Origin: a virus
Taxonomy: Duplodnaviria; Caudoviricetes
Length of the DNA stretch: 64,000 bases
IMG/VR virus record: IMGVR_UViG_3300030330_006619
Location: 64,001 to 128,000 of that record
Direction: 5' to 3' (one strand)
In this document: positions 41,343 to 50,157 of the stretch, in pieces
How the letters are laid out: each line of letters begins with the position of its first letter
How positions within the stretch are numbered: the first letter of the stretch is position 1
Position numbers and translations under genes: made by a program
The notes under the pieces: model-generated
What the model was told of the DNA's origin: nothing
What the model saw: only the letters and a program-made list of their open reading frames with translations
Database searches by the model: none

Positions 41343-41859
41343 TATATCAACCTCTATCACAGGGGCAACAGTAATCCAAGATGGTAATATAATTGAAAGC
41401 ATCTACTGGGACACTAGAAATAAAAGAAAATTTCCTTCCTTATATGAAAAGGCAGATTTACTTCAAAAAGATCTCTGGACTATAAAAACTAAGTATGATA
41501 TAACAGATATATATGTAGAGCAGTCGCTGCAATCATTTAGAAGTGGTTTCTCTTCTGCAAAGACACTTTCGACTCTTGCTCGTTTCAATGGCATAGTATC
41601 ATGGAACTGTTATAAAGCTTTTGATATTAAGCCTGAAATGATAGCTGCCTCTTCAGCTCGCAAGCTTGCAGGTGTCGAAATAAAAAGAGGCGAAAATGCA
41701 AAACAAAAAGTTCTTCAGTTTATTCTTGACAAATATCCGCAGATTACGATAGAATATACAAAACACGGAAATCCAAAGCCTGGAATGCTGGATATGTGTG
41801 ATAGTATAATTATAGCGCTAGCGGGTGATAAAATTGTCAGAGAAACTCAAACTACTTAA
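41308..41859 (+). CDS. RuvC-like Holliday junction resolvase
   Basis: ILGLDIS, YVEQ, and DMCDSIIIA catalytic pattern. Confidence 0.8.
   Translation: MKQTTKTILGLDISTSITGATVIQDGNIIESIYWDTRNKRKFPSLYEKADLLQKDLWTIKTKYDITDIYVEQSLQSFRSGFSSAKTLSTLARFNGIVSWNCYKAFDIKPEMIAASSARKLAGVEIKRGENAKQKVLQFILDKYPQITIEYTKHGNPKPGMLDMCDSIIIALAGDKIVRETQTT
41726..41755 (+). promoter_or_regulatory. Candidate sigma70 promoter for the primase (inside the RuvC-like gene)
   Basis: TTGACA-N18-TAGAAT, about 70 nt before the primase start. Confidence 0.5.
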
Positions 41860-42751
41860 AAACGCTTTCGGCCGATGCTGGTCGAATGGCCACGAACATT
41901 TATTTACTTGTCCGAAGTGCAACCACCATAAGCGTAAGTTATCCGTAAACATTGACAAAGATGTATTTAAATGTTGGATTTGTGATTATTCTGGAACAAA
42001 GATCTCTCCACTTATCCGTAAGTTTGCTCCGTCTTATTACGCTGATTGGCGTACTATGTCAGGAGAAGTGGATCTTTCAAAATATGATACTATTTTCGCT
42101 GAACAAATATCAGAGCCACCACAAATTATCGACCTACCAGAAAACTTTCAAACTCTCACCGGCAAAAAGACCAACCTTAAAAGGAGGGCGTTAAACTACC
42201 TTTATTCTCGTGGTTTTACTGATAAAGATATCTTAATGTGGAAGATAGGCTTCTGTGACTACGGCGAGTATCAAGACAGGATTATTGTTCCAAGTTTTGA
42301 TAGTTTTGGTAACGTCAACTTTTTTATAGCAAGATCGTACACAGATGATTGGATGAAGTACAAGAACCCCAAAGTAAGCAAGGATATAATTTTTAATGAT
42401 TTAAATGTTGACTGGGACGAAGACATAATTTTGACTGAGGGTGTGTTTGATGCGATGAAGTGTAATAACGCAATACCATTGCTTGGTTCGACCCTGAGAG
42501 AGAACTCAAGATTATTTCAAAAAATATGTGAACGCAAACCAGATGTGTACCTGGCCCTAGACGAAGATGCTAAAGGAAAAGAATTCGGAATAGCAAAGAA
42601 GTTAAGAGAATACGGCATAAAGGTTATGTCTATTAATGTCAGCGGCTATTCAGATATCGGAGAGATGCCACAAGAAGTGGTAGAACAAAGAAAACAAAAT
42701 GCGGACATTGTTTCCGATTTAGACTATTTACATTATAAACTTGACTTTTAG
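41825..42751 (+). CDS. DNA primase (zinc finger + TOPRIM)
   Basis: CPKC...CWIC zinc finger; YLYSRG, RIIVP, KYKNP, TEGVFDA, ALDED. Confidence 0.9.
   Translation: MIKLSEKLKLLKNAFGRCWSNGHEHLFTCPKCNHHKRKLSVNIDKDVFKCWICDYSGTKISPLIRKFAPSYYADWRTMSGEVDLSKYDTIFAEQISEPPQIIDLPENFQTLTGKKTNLKRRALNYLYSRGFTDKDILMWKIGFCDYGEYQDRIIVPSFDSFGNVNFFIARSYTDDWMKYKNPKVSKDIIFNDLNVDWDEDIILTEGVFDAMKCNNAIPLLGSTLRENSRLFQKICERKPDVYLALDEDAKGKEFGIAKKLREYGIKVMSINVSGYSDIGEMPQEVVEQRKQNADIVSDLDYLHYKLDF
42723..42730 (+). promoter_or_regulatory. Candidate late promoter motif ACTATTTA
   Basis: At the end of the primase gene, before SD GGGAG and ATG at 42762. Confidence 0.55.
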
Positions 42752-42761
42752 GGAGACCAAA

Positions 42762-42932
42762 ATGGAAATCACAAAAAGAAGACTAAAAGAAATCATCGCA
42801 GAAGAGATGAATCATTTAGCAGAAACAGGTGACCTCAATATGATCACCGAAGCAGAAAAGAAGGCATTCGCTATCATTCTTGAAAAACTTACACCAAAGC
42901 AACTGGAAGAGATGGGTCTTAAGAGGGTTTAA
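42762..42932 (+). CDS. Small protein with N-terminal ITKRRLKEIIAEE motif (possible internal head protein)
   Basis: ATG at 42762 with SD GGGAG; motif shared with 42932 and 54548. Confidence 0.65.
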   Translation: MEITKRRLKEIIAEEMNHLAETGDLNMITEAEKKAFAIILEKLTPKQLEEMGLKRV

Positions 42933-43354
42933 TGGTGAAAAAGTCTAGAATAGTTAAGATTATAAAAGAAGAGATCAACAAACTCCTCAAAGAGCAAAGT
43001 GGATTTGACGATGCCTTTGCTGAGCTTGATGATGAGATGGAAAAATATGCCCAACCGCGGCCCGCGCGTGCCCGAAAAGCCCCGCCCGCGCCCAAACCCA
43101 CCGCCAAGAAGCCAGTTGATAAGAAACCAGCGCCAAAAAGCACCAAAGATCCATTCTCGGATTTGGACGCACCCATGGATTCAGCTTTCGATGAAATGGA
43201 CCGCGCCCAACAGGTTTTAAAAATCATATCTCCTAAGACCCCTCGCTCTTCGATTCAAATGACTGGCAAAGGGCAAAATATGAAGCTAAATGGGGTCCAG
43301 GTGCCACCAAAATACATACCTTACATTTTAAAGGGCGGCTCACTTCCAAAATAA
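42932..43354 (+). CDS. Low-complexity protein with N-terminal KKSRIVKIIKEE motif (possible internal head protein)
   Basis: Coupled to the previous stop; Pro/Lys/Ala-rich centre. Confidence 0.65.
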   Translation: MVKKSRIVKIIKEEINKLLKEQSGFDDAFAELDDEMEKYAQPRPARARKAPPAPKPTAKKPVDKKPAPKSTKDPFSDLDAPMDSAFDEMDRAQQVLKIISPKTPRSSIQMTGKGQNMKLNGVQVPPKYIPYILKGGSLPK

Positions 43355-43357
43355 TTC

Positions 43358-43386
43358 TTGACACCTTTTAAAACTGCTGTTATAAT
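43358..43386 (+). promoter_or_regulatory. Consensus sigma70 promoter
   Basis: TTGACA (43358-43363), 17-nt spacer ending TGT, TATAAT (43381-43386); SD GGAGG and ATG at 43417 follow. Confidence 0.9.
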
Positions 43387-43416
43387 AATCCTACAATAAC
43401 AATTATCGGAGGATAA

Positions 43417-46400
43417 ATGAGATTTGCTCATATTGCGGACACCCATATCCGCAACTTAAAATACCATTTTGAGTACAGAGAAGTATTCAAGCAATTATAT
43501 AAATCATTAAAAGAAGAAAAAGTAGATTATATCGTCCACTGCGGCGACATCGCACATACCAAGACACAAATCTCTCCAGAGTTTGTGGATATGTGCCGAG
43601 AGTTCTTTGAGAACTTGGCTGCCATTGCACCAACCTATATCATCTTAGGTAATCACGATGGCAATCTTAGAAACGACAGCAGGCAAGATGCAATTAGTCC
43701 AATTGTAAAAGCAATCAATAACCCTAACCTGATTCTACTCCGCAACGCAGGAGAAACAAAAATCAACTCAGAGTTTTGTTTGAATGTTCTTTCTGTATTT
43801 GATGAGGATAACTGGGTATCACCTACTGATCCCAATGCAGTTAACATTGCCCTTTATCATGGTGCAATAGACAAATCGAAGACAGACAGCAACTGGACAC
43901 TAGGTGGAGATCATAGTATTGAGATATTTGATGATTTTGATTTTGCCTTTCTTGGAGACATCCATAAAACTCAACAGCTTGATTCTGCTGGGCGCATTTG
44001 GTACGCCGGCTCAACAGTTCAACAAAACTTTGGAGAGTCCCTAGACAAGGGTTATCTGCTTTGGGACATTGAAGATAAAAATACATTTACCAACACCTTG
44101 ATTACATTCGAAAACCCAAAACCTTTTATAACTGTCAAATTAACACAAAAAGGTAATTTGCCAAGAACTCCTATTCCAGAGGGAGCAAGAGTTAGAGTTG
44201 TATCAGAGTCGAATGTTTCGCTTGACAAAGTTAGAAAAGCTATCGAGGCTGTAAAATATAAGCACAACCCAGAGACAGTTACCTACTTGAATAGGGCAGC
44301 AAACCAAAAAATAAATGTTGCCGCACCCGAAGGTTTAAAGAAGCAAGATCTTAGAGACTTAAAGACCCAAGAAGAGTTGATGGCAGAGTATTTGAATGAG
44401 TTCGAAGTAACAGATGAGGTCCTTGAGAAAGTTTATGACTTAAACAAAATCTACAATAAGCAAGTAGAAGAGAACGAAGAGGTTTTTAGAAACATTAATT
44501 GGTCCCTGCAGAAATTAGAGTGGAACAATCTTTTCAACTACGGTGAAGGCAATTCAATTGATTTTACTAAGCTTGAGGGAATTGTAGGAATATTTGGTAA
44601 AAATTATTCTGGAAAGTCCTCCATAGTTGATACGCTACTGTATACAATGTACAACTCCACTTCCAAATCTATTAGGAAAAATTTAAACATTATAAACCAA
44701 AATAAAGATTATTGTAATGGGGTTGCTACAATAAAGGTAGATGATCAACAGTATGTTATAGAAAGAAATTCAAAAAAATATACGAAACGATTAAAAGGAG
44801 TGGAAACACAAGAGGCAAGCACCGATTTAGAATTCTATAAACAAGACATGATCGGAAATCACACAGGTTTAAATGGCACCTCTCGACAAGATACGGACTC
44901 AAATGTCAGAAAAAGGTTTGGAACAATACAAGATTTCTTATTAACTTCTATGGCTTCACAGTTAGACTCTCTATCTTTCATCAATGAGGGTTCTACCAAA
45001 AGGAAGGAATATTTGGCTAAATTTTTAGATTTAGAAATTTTTGATAAAAAATTTAAAATGGCGAAAGAAGATTCCGCGGCAACAAAGCTTGCTCTAAAAA
45101 AACTGGAAGGGGTAGACTTTGAAGAACAAATAGAAGCTATTAAAAGAGAAATCACTAGAAGCGAACTCTCGATTGAGTCTAACAAGGCTTTGTGTAGGAC
45201 CATGAGAGAAGACCTGGGAGGATTAAATATTAGTCTCGCAGAACTATCGTCAAAAATAGATGCAGTACCCGCAGAAATAATCGACCCTGCTTTGACATTG
45301 CAAGAGATTGCCAGAAAAGAGAGGTTGATATTAAAGACCACAGCTAATAAGACCACTGCCTTGAAACTACTTGAGGAGGATCAACAAAAGTTTGAGAAAA
45401 TTTGTGATTTCTTGGAAACATTTAATGTCGACTCTTATAGAGAAAAGAAGAAGTTGATTGAAGAAAAGAAAGAAAAGTTGTCAGACTTGATATCTGAGAT
45501 GAAAAAACACTCAGAAGAAAAGCTGAGGAATGTGAGAAAGCAGGATTTACTAACAGAGGTTCCTTGTGGAAGTCAGTTTCCATCTTGCAAATTTATCAAG
45601 GATGCTCATAGTGCAGGAGAATTAATTCAAATTGCAGAATCGAGAATGTCAGAAGTGGCAATAAACATAAATACCATTGGAGCAGAGATTCAAAAGGAAG
45701 ATCCATTTCAGGTTGAGAGTCATCTAAATAAGTACGACCTTTTGATTGAAAAAAAGACAGAACTTGCAACTGCTATTGCATCTGCAAAAATAACCATCGA
45801 GCGCGCTGATGCCTTGCTATTTAGGGAACAAGTTGAACTTGAAAATTTAAAAAGTAAAAGTGAAGAATATAATGAAAATAAAGATGCTATAGAAAATTTA
45901 AAGCAACTCTTAAAAGAACTAAAAGATATGCAAATTGACGCTAAAGCTAAAGAGGGAGAGATCGAAAATTGTGAATCTAAGGTTATGAGGCTTCACCAGA
46001 AACATGGATCTTTGGAGCAAAAATTAAAATTTGTAAAAACTCAATTAAAAGAAAAAGAAAAACTTGAGAAAGAGTTTGCCGCATACCATCTTTTAATGAC
46101 TTGTTGTCACCCAAATGGTGTATCTTATGAAATTATCAAAAATCGTCTTCCTTATATAAACGAAGAGATTGCAAAGATTTTAGCTAACATAGTAGAGTTT
46201 GAAGTGTTTATAACAAACAACGAAGATAAATTAGATATTTTCATTAAACACCCTCGTCATGAGCCTCGTCCACTTGAGATGGGCTCCGGAGCAGAAAAGA
46301 CAATCGCGAGCATGGCAATTAGGTTAGCTTTCTTAACAGTGTCAAGTTTACCAAAGTCTGACCTATTTATATTAGATGAACCTGGAACAGCTTTAGATGA

Positions 46401-46554
46401 AGAAAACATGGAAGGCTTTGTGAGGATCTTAGAAATGATTAAAGGATATTTTAAGACAGTTATACTGATATCACACTTAGATAGCCTAAAAGATTGCGTA
46501 GATATGCAAATCAACATAGAAAAAAGCAATGGGTTCGCAAGCGTCAATATTTAG
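43417..46554 (+). CDS. Fused SbcD/Mre11 nuclease and SbcC/Rad50 ATPase (T4 gp47-gp46-like)
   Basis: DTH, GD, GNHD, HG, GDIH phosphoesterase motifs; Walker A GKNYSGKSS; coiled coil; signature GSGAE; Walker B ILDEP; ISH. Confidence 0.92.
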   Translation: MRFAHIADTHIRNLKYHFEYREVFKQLYKSLKEEKVDYIVHCGDIAHTKTQISPEFVDMCREFFENLAAIAPTYIILGNHDGNLRNDSRQDAISPIVKAINNPNLILLRNAGETKINSEFCLNVLSVFDEDNWVSPTDPNAVNIALYHGAIDKSKTDSNWTLGGDHSIEIFDDFDFAFLGDIHKTQQLDSAGRIWYAGSTVQQNFGESLDKGYLLWDIEDKNTFTNTLITFENPKPFITVKLTQKGNLPRTPIPEGARVRVVSESNVSLDKVRKAIEAVKYKHNPETVTYLNRAANQKINVAAPEGLKKQDLRDLKTQEELMAEYLNEFEVTDEVLEKVYDLNKIYNKQVEENEEVFRNINWSLQKLEWNNLFNYGEGNSIDFTKLEGIVGIFGKNYSGKSSIVDTLLYTMYNSTSKSIRKNLNIINQNKDYCNGVATIKVDDQQYVIERNSKKYTKRLKGVETQEASTDLEFYKQDMIGNHTGLNGTSRQDTDSNVRKRFGTIQDFLLTSMASQLDSLSFINEGSTKRKEYLAKFLDLEIFDKKFKMAKEDSAATKLALKKLEGVDFEEQIEAIKREITRSELSIESNKALCRTMREDLGGLNISLAELSSKIDAVPAEIIDPALTLQEIARKERLILKTTANKTTALKLLEEDQQKFEKICDFLETFNVDSYREKKKLIEEKKEKLSDLISEMKKHSEEKLRNVRKQDLLTEVPCGSQFPSCKFIKDAHSAGELIQIAESRMSEVAININTIGAEIQKEDPFQVESHLNKYDLLIEKKTELATAIASAKITIERADALLFREQVELENLKSKSEEYNENKDAIENLKQLLKELKDMQIDAKAKEGEIENCESKVMRLHQKHGSLEQKLKFVKTQLKEKEKLEKEFAAYHLLMTCCHPNGVSYEIIKNRLPYINEEIAKILANIVEFEVFITNNEDKLDIFIKHPRHEPRPLEMGSGAEKTIASMAIRLAFLTVSSLPKSDLFILDEPGTALDEENMEGFVRILEMIKGYFKTVILISHLDSLKDCVDMQINIEKSNGFASVNI

Positions 46555-46562
46555 GAGGACTT

Positions 46563-46766
46563 ATGGTGACACAATTAAAAGCATTTGCAGACAAATATAC
46601 AGAAAGATTTATCTCTAGAAAATTTTTAGCATGGCTTACTGCTACAACCCTTTGTATATGGGGAGCAGTTACGAGCAGTGACTGGGTTGCAGTAACACTG
46701 GCATATATTGGATCTCAAGCTCTGGTAGACCTTGCAGTTCAGTGGAAGCATGGACCAAATCAGTGA
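46563..46766 (+). CDS. Small membrane protein, holin-like
   Basis: SD AGGAGG, ATG at 46563; SRKF followed by two hydrophobic helices; 67 aa. Confidence 0.55.
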   Translation: MVTQLKAFADKYTERFISRKFLAWLTATTLCIWGAVTSSDWVAVTLAYIGSQALVDLAVQWKHGPNQ

Positions 46767-47167
46767 CGTGGGTTCTAATGAAAGAGTGGTTTTGTAAATC
46801 CTGGCTTTGGCTGAAGACTCATTGGCAGGTACCTTTTTTAGCATTATGGACTCTAATAGTATATTTATTTACTAAAAGAAACACAGACGCTTTATCAGAA
46901 GTTCTAAAAATTAAAGAAGCTTCTCACAGGGAAGAAGTTGAAGCATTAAAGAAGCTCCACAAGGAACAACTTTTAAAGCTAAACGGTCTACAAGCAGAAT
47001 ACATAAAAACAATAAGGAACCTAGAGCAAAGCTTTCAAGAGCAAAAAAAACAATTATCTAAAAAACAAGTTGAAGATGTAAAAGAGATTGTGATAAAATC
47101 TAAGGGTAACCCCGAAGAGATTAAGAGAAAGATTGAAAATGAATTTGGAATTAAGTTTAAAGACTAA
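46763..47167 (+). CDS. Membrane-anchored coiled-coil protein, i-spanin-like
   Basis: GTGA start/stop overlap with the holin-like gene; N-terminal Trp-rich TM helix then a long coiled coil. Confidence 0.5.
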   Translation: MTWVLMKEWFCKSWLWLKTHWQVPFLALWTLIVYLFTKRNTDALSEVLKIKEASHREEVEALKKLHKEQLLKLNGLQAEYIKTIRNLEQSFQEQKKQLSKKQVEDVKEIVIKSKGNPEEIKRKIENEFGIKFKD

Positions 47168-47645
47168 GTTTATAGTACTAGCTAATTTAATATTTTTTGT
47201 TTGCGCAACAGTAGCACATGCAGATCCAGTGATCGCAGGAGAGGTTCTTCCCCCGGCCTCTGCAGTTCTTATTGAAGACCCAGAACTCATAAAAAGGATA
47301 GATGTAGGAAAAGAAGACGAACCAGTTTGGTGTTACAGTAATGATGCAAATGCAATTATAATCTCCGCACCACAGAGGCAAAGAGAAAAGTGTGAACTCA
47401 GGTATCAACTAGAATTAGAGCGCACCCGCGCCGATTACAATTTTAACTTAGAACGATTAAATATTGAAATCCAAAGTTTGACTGACAAGCACGAAAGGAT
47501 ACTATCCTTAAAAAACGATGAGATTGAAAAGCTAACAAAAGCGGCCCTAAAAAGACCGAACGATTATTCTGCTTGGTGGGCCTCTGGAGGGGTCGCTGTA
47601 GGAGTGTTGACTACTTTGGCAATTGTTTTCGCGGTGAATAAATGA
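47133..47645 (+). CDS. Exported coiled-coil protein with C-terminal TM helix, spanin-like (start uncertain)
   Basis: Signal-peptide-like KFIVLANLIFFVCATVAHA; coiled coil; C-terminal WWASGGVAVGVLTTLAIVFAV. Confidence 0.5.
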   Translation: MKMNLELSLKTKFIVLANLIFFVCATVAHADPVIAGEVLPPASAVLIEDPELIKRIDVGKEDEPVWCYSNDANAIIISAPQRQREKCELRYQLELERTRADYNFNLERLNIEIQSLTDKHERILSLKNDEIEKLTKAALKRPNDYSAWWASGGVAVGVLTTLAIVFAVNK

Positions 47646-48019
47646 GTGAAAAAGATTTAAATAAGATAGCCAAATTTGAAAAAGCTATAAAAGAAAAATA
47701 TGGTGAATCTGCAATTCAAAATCCTAAAAGCTCATGGAATGAGGAAAAGGAAAAAAAATATTTAGCAGATTTAAAAGAATTTTACTCTAATGAAAAAATA
47801 AACAAAACATATACCGATAAGGACGGATTTACCGTAAAAGAAACAAAAAGAAAGTCAGCCAGCAGCCCAAGTAGAAACTGCCCAGTTTGCAGCTCTTATT
47901 CTTTTTCTCTGGAAGACGACCTTTATATGACAAAATACGAATGTTGTTTCGAATGTTATATAAAATTTGTTGAAGGAAGAGAAGAAAGATGGAAAACTGG
48001 CTGGAGACCAAATAACTAA
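47642..48019 (+). CDS. Hypothetical protein with probable zinc finger
   Basis: CPVC...CCFEC. Confidence 0.6.
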   Translation: MSEKDLNKIAKFEKAIKEKYGESAIQNPKSSWNEEKEKKYLADLKEFYSNEKINKTYTDKDGFTVKETKRKSASSPSRNCPVCSSYSFSLEDDLYMTKYECCFECYIKFVEGREERWKTGWRPNN

Positions 48020-48026
48020 CTAATTA
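48019..48026 (+). promoter_or_regulatory. Candidate late promoter motif ACTAATTA
   Basis: At the stop of the previous gene, before the packaging/head operon. Confidence 0.55.
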
Positions 48027-48058
48027 ATATTAGCAATCTAACACACAGAGGATTTAAA

Positions 48059-48559
48059 ATGGCTACAACTTTAGAAATTATAAACGGTATTTCGCAGGTT
48101 CTTGCAAATACATACGACGGCGCTCTTGACGAATCTGGAGAACCAATTCAGATCGGCCTAAGAAGAGAAGAAGGCAATCCATTACTGGATCACAGAGTTA
48201 TAGATGGATTCGGCGCCCACATCAATGGAGATAGGCTTCATATCAAATACCACTCAGAAATACCCTTAAAAGAAGTCCACTCAAGTGGCTTTGAAGGAGA
48301 GATGGAGTCCATGGTAGAGAAGGTAAAATCTTTTATACAAAAAGAATTTAAAAAAGTTACAAAGTCTTCGCTTACCTTGTCAGACCCCAGCGAGGTAGAT
48401 GTTTTAGTGGAGTATGTTTCAAGAATCCGATGTAGTGTTAAGGTCCACAAATGCTACAAAATTGGAGGAGTCGATTCAGAAGATAGGATTGAATCAGACC
48501 AAGAAAGACCAACTGATCCAGCATTTGAGAAGATGGTTAAACTCGGCGGTCTCAAGTAA
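48059..48559 (+). CDS. Hypothetical head/packaging-associated protein
   Basis: Immediately upstream of the terminase; C-terminus FEKMVKLGGLK resembles the scaffold C-terminus. Confidence 0.55.
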   Translation: MATTLEIINGISQVLANTYDGALDESGEPIQIGLRREEGNPLLDHRVIDGFGAHINGDRLHIKYHSEIPLKEVHSSGFEGEMESMVEKVKSFIQKEFKKVTKSSLTLSDPSEVDVLVEYVSRIRCSVKVHKCYKIGGVDSEDRIESDQERPTDPAFEKMVKLGGLK

Positions 48560-48567
48560 GAGGCTTG

Positions 48568-50154
48568 ATGAATATAAAACTTTCTAAAAGCGAAATTATG
48601 AAAGAGATCGTCCGGTGTGGAAAAAAGCCGGAATACTTTATTCACAATTACGCTAAAATAACCCATCCAGTTAAAGGACTGATACCTTTTCACCTATATC
48701 CCTTTCAGTCACAACTCCTAGAAGACTTCGAAGACCATAGATTTAATGTTATACTTAAGGCTCGACAGTTAGGCATTTCTACCATAACTGCAGCTTATGT
48801 AGCTTGGATGATGATGTTTCATAGGGAAAAGAATGTATTAGTGATAGCAACTAAGTTCAGTACAGCCTCTAACTTGGTTAAGAAAGTAAAATCAATTATA
48901 AAAAATTTACCAGAATGGCTAAGGATTTCAAACGTAGATATAGATAATAGAACAAGCTTTATCTTGTCTAACGGATCACAAATAAAAGCGTCTTCAACCT
49001 CTAGTGACGCTGGACGTTCTGAGGCACTGTCGTTGCTTGTCATTGATGAGGCCGCTCATGTTGAGGGTTTGGATGATCTTTGGATGGGTTTGTACCCCAC
49101 TCTGTCAACTGGTGGTCGGTGTATAGCTTTGAGTACGCCAAATGGTGTAGGTAATTGGTTTCACAAGATCTATACAGAGGCCGAAGGCAAGCTCAATGAT
49201 TTTTTTCCTACCATACTACCGTGGGATGTGCACCCTGATAGAGATATGGAGTGGTTCAACAAAGAAACTCGAAACATGTCAAATCGAGAAATAGCTCAAG
49301 AGTTAGAGTGTAATTTTAACATGTCAGGAGAAACAGTTTTTTCTCCAGAGGATATAGAAAACTACTCACAAAGAACAGAAGAACCCAAATATAGAACAGG
49401 TTTTGACAGAAACCTTTGGATTTGGAAAGAGATGGACGCTAGTTCAGATTATATTGTATCAGCAGACGTCGCCCGCGGCGATGGAAAAGATTATTCAGTC
49501 TGCCACGTTTTTAATGTTAACACCATGGAGATTGTAGCAGAATACAGAGGCAAAGTAACACCAGATGTTTTCTCTAGAGTGTTAAACGATGTAGGTAAAG
49601 AATACAAAAATGCACTCATGATTGTGGAAAACAACTCAGTTGGATATTCTGTTCTGGAAAAGTTGAGGGAGATGAATTATCCAAACCTCTATTATTCGAT
49701 AAAAAGCACCCACGAATATGTAGAAGAATACAAAGCAGAAAATATGTCCAACGCGGTAGCTGGATTTACAATGTCTTCGAAGACGCGTCCAATCATAATA
49801 TCAAAGATGGAGGAATTCATCAGAAACAATCTAATTAAAATATATTCCAAGCGTCTTTTGATGGAAATGAAGACATTTATTTGGAATAACGGTAGAGCAG
49901 AGGCTATGAGGTCATATAATGATGACTTAATCATGGCTTGCGCAGTTGGTTGCTGGGTTAGGGATACAGCCCTTGCAGTTAATGAAAAAGAAGCAGAATA
50001 TAATAAAGCTTTTATAGGAGCGATAACAAAAAGTAATAGTCAAATAGACACCAGGATTAAGGGTATGGTTGGTACTAGAAATTTAAAAATGCAAGATGAT
50101 GCACGTAAACACCACCAAGCTTTAAACAATTATCCATGGCTTTTCAAAGGTTAA
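48568..50154 (+). CDS. Terminase large subunit (T4 gp17-like)
   Basis: LYPFQ, KARQLGIST (Walker A), LVIDEAA (Walker B), STPNG, ADVARGDGKDYS and NDDLIMA nuclease motifs. Confidence 0.96.
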   Translation: MNIKLSKSEIMKEIVRCGKKPEYFIHNYAKITHPVKGLIPFHLYPFQSQLLEDFEDHRFNVILKARQLGISTITAAYVAWMMMFHREKNVLVIATKFSTASNLVKKVKSIIKNLPEWLRISNVDIDNRTSFILSNGSQIKASSTSSDAGRSEALSLLVIDEAAHVEGLDDLWMGLYPTLSTGGRCIALSTPNGVGNWFHKIYTEAEGKLNDFFPTILPWDVHPDRDMEWFNKETRNMSNREIAQELECNFNMSGETVFSPEDIENYSQRTEEPKYRTGFDRNLWIWKEMDASSDYIVSADVARGDGKDYSVCHVFNVNTMEIVAEYRGKVTPDVFSRVLNDVGKEYKNALMIVENNSVGYSVLEKLREMNYPNLYYSIKSTHEYVEEYKAENMSNAVAGFTMSSKTRPIIISKMEEFIRNNLIKIYSKRLLMEMKTFIWNNGRAEAMRSYNDDLIMACAVGCWVRDTALAVNEKEAEYNKAFIGAITKSNSQIDTRIKGMVGTRNLKMQDDARKHHQALNNYPWLFKG

Positions 50155-50157
50155 AAA

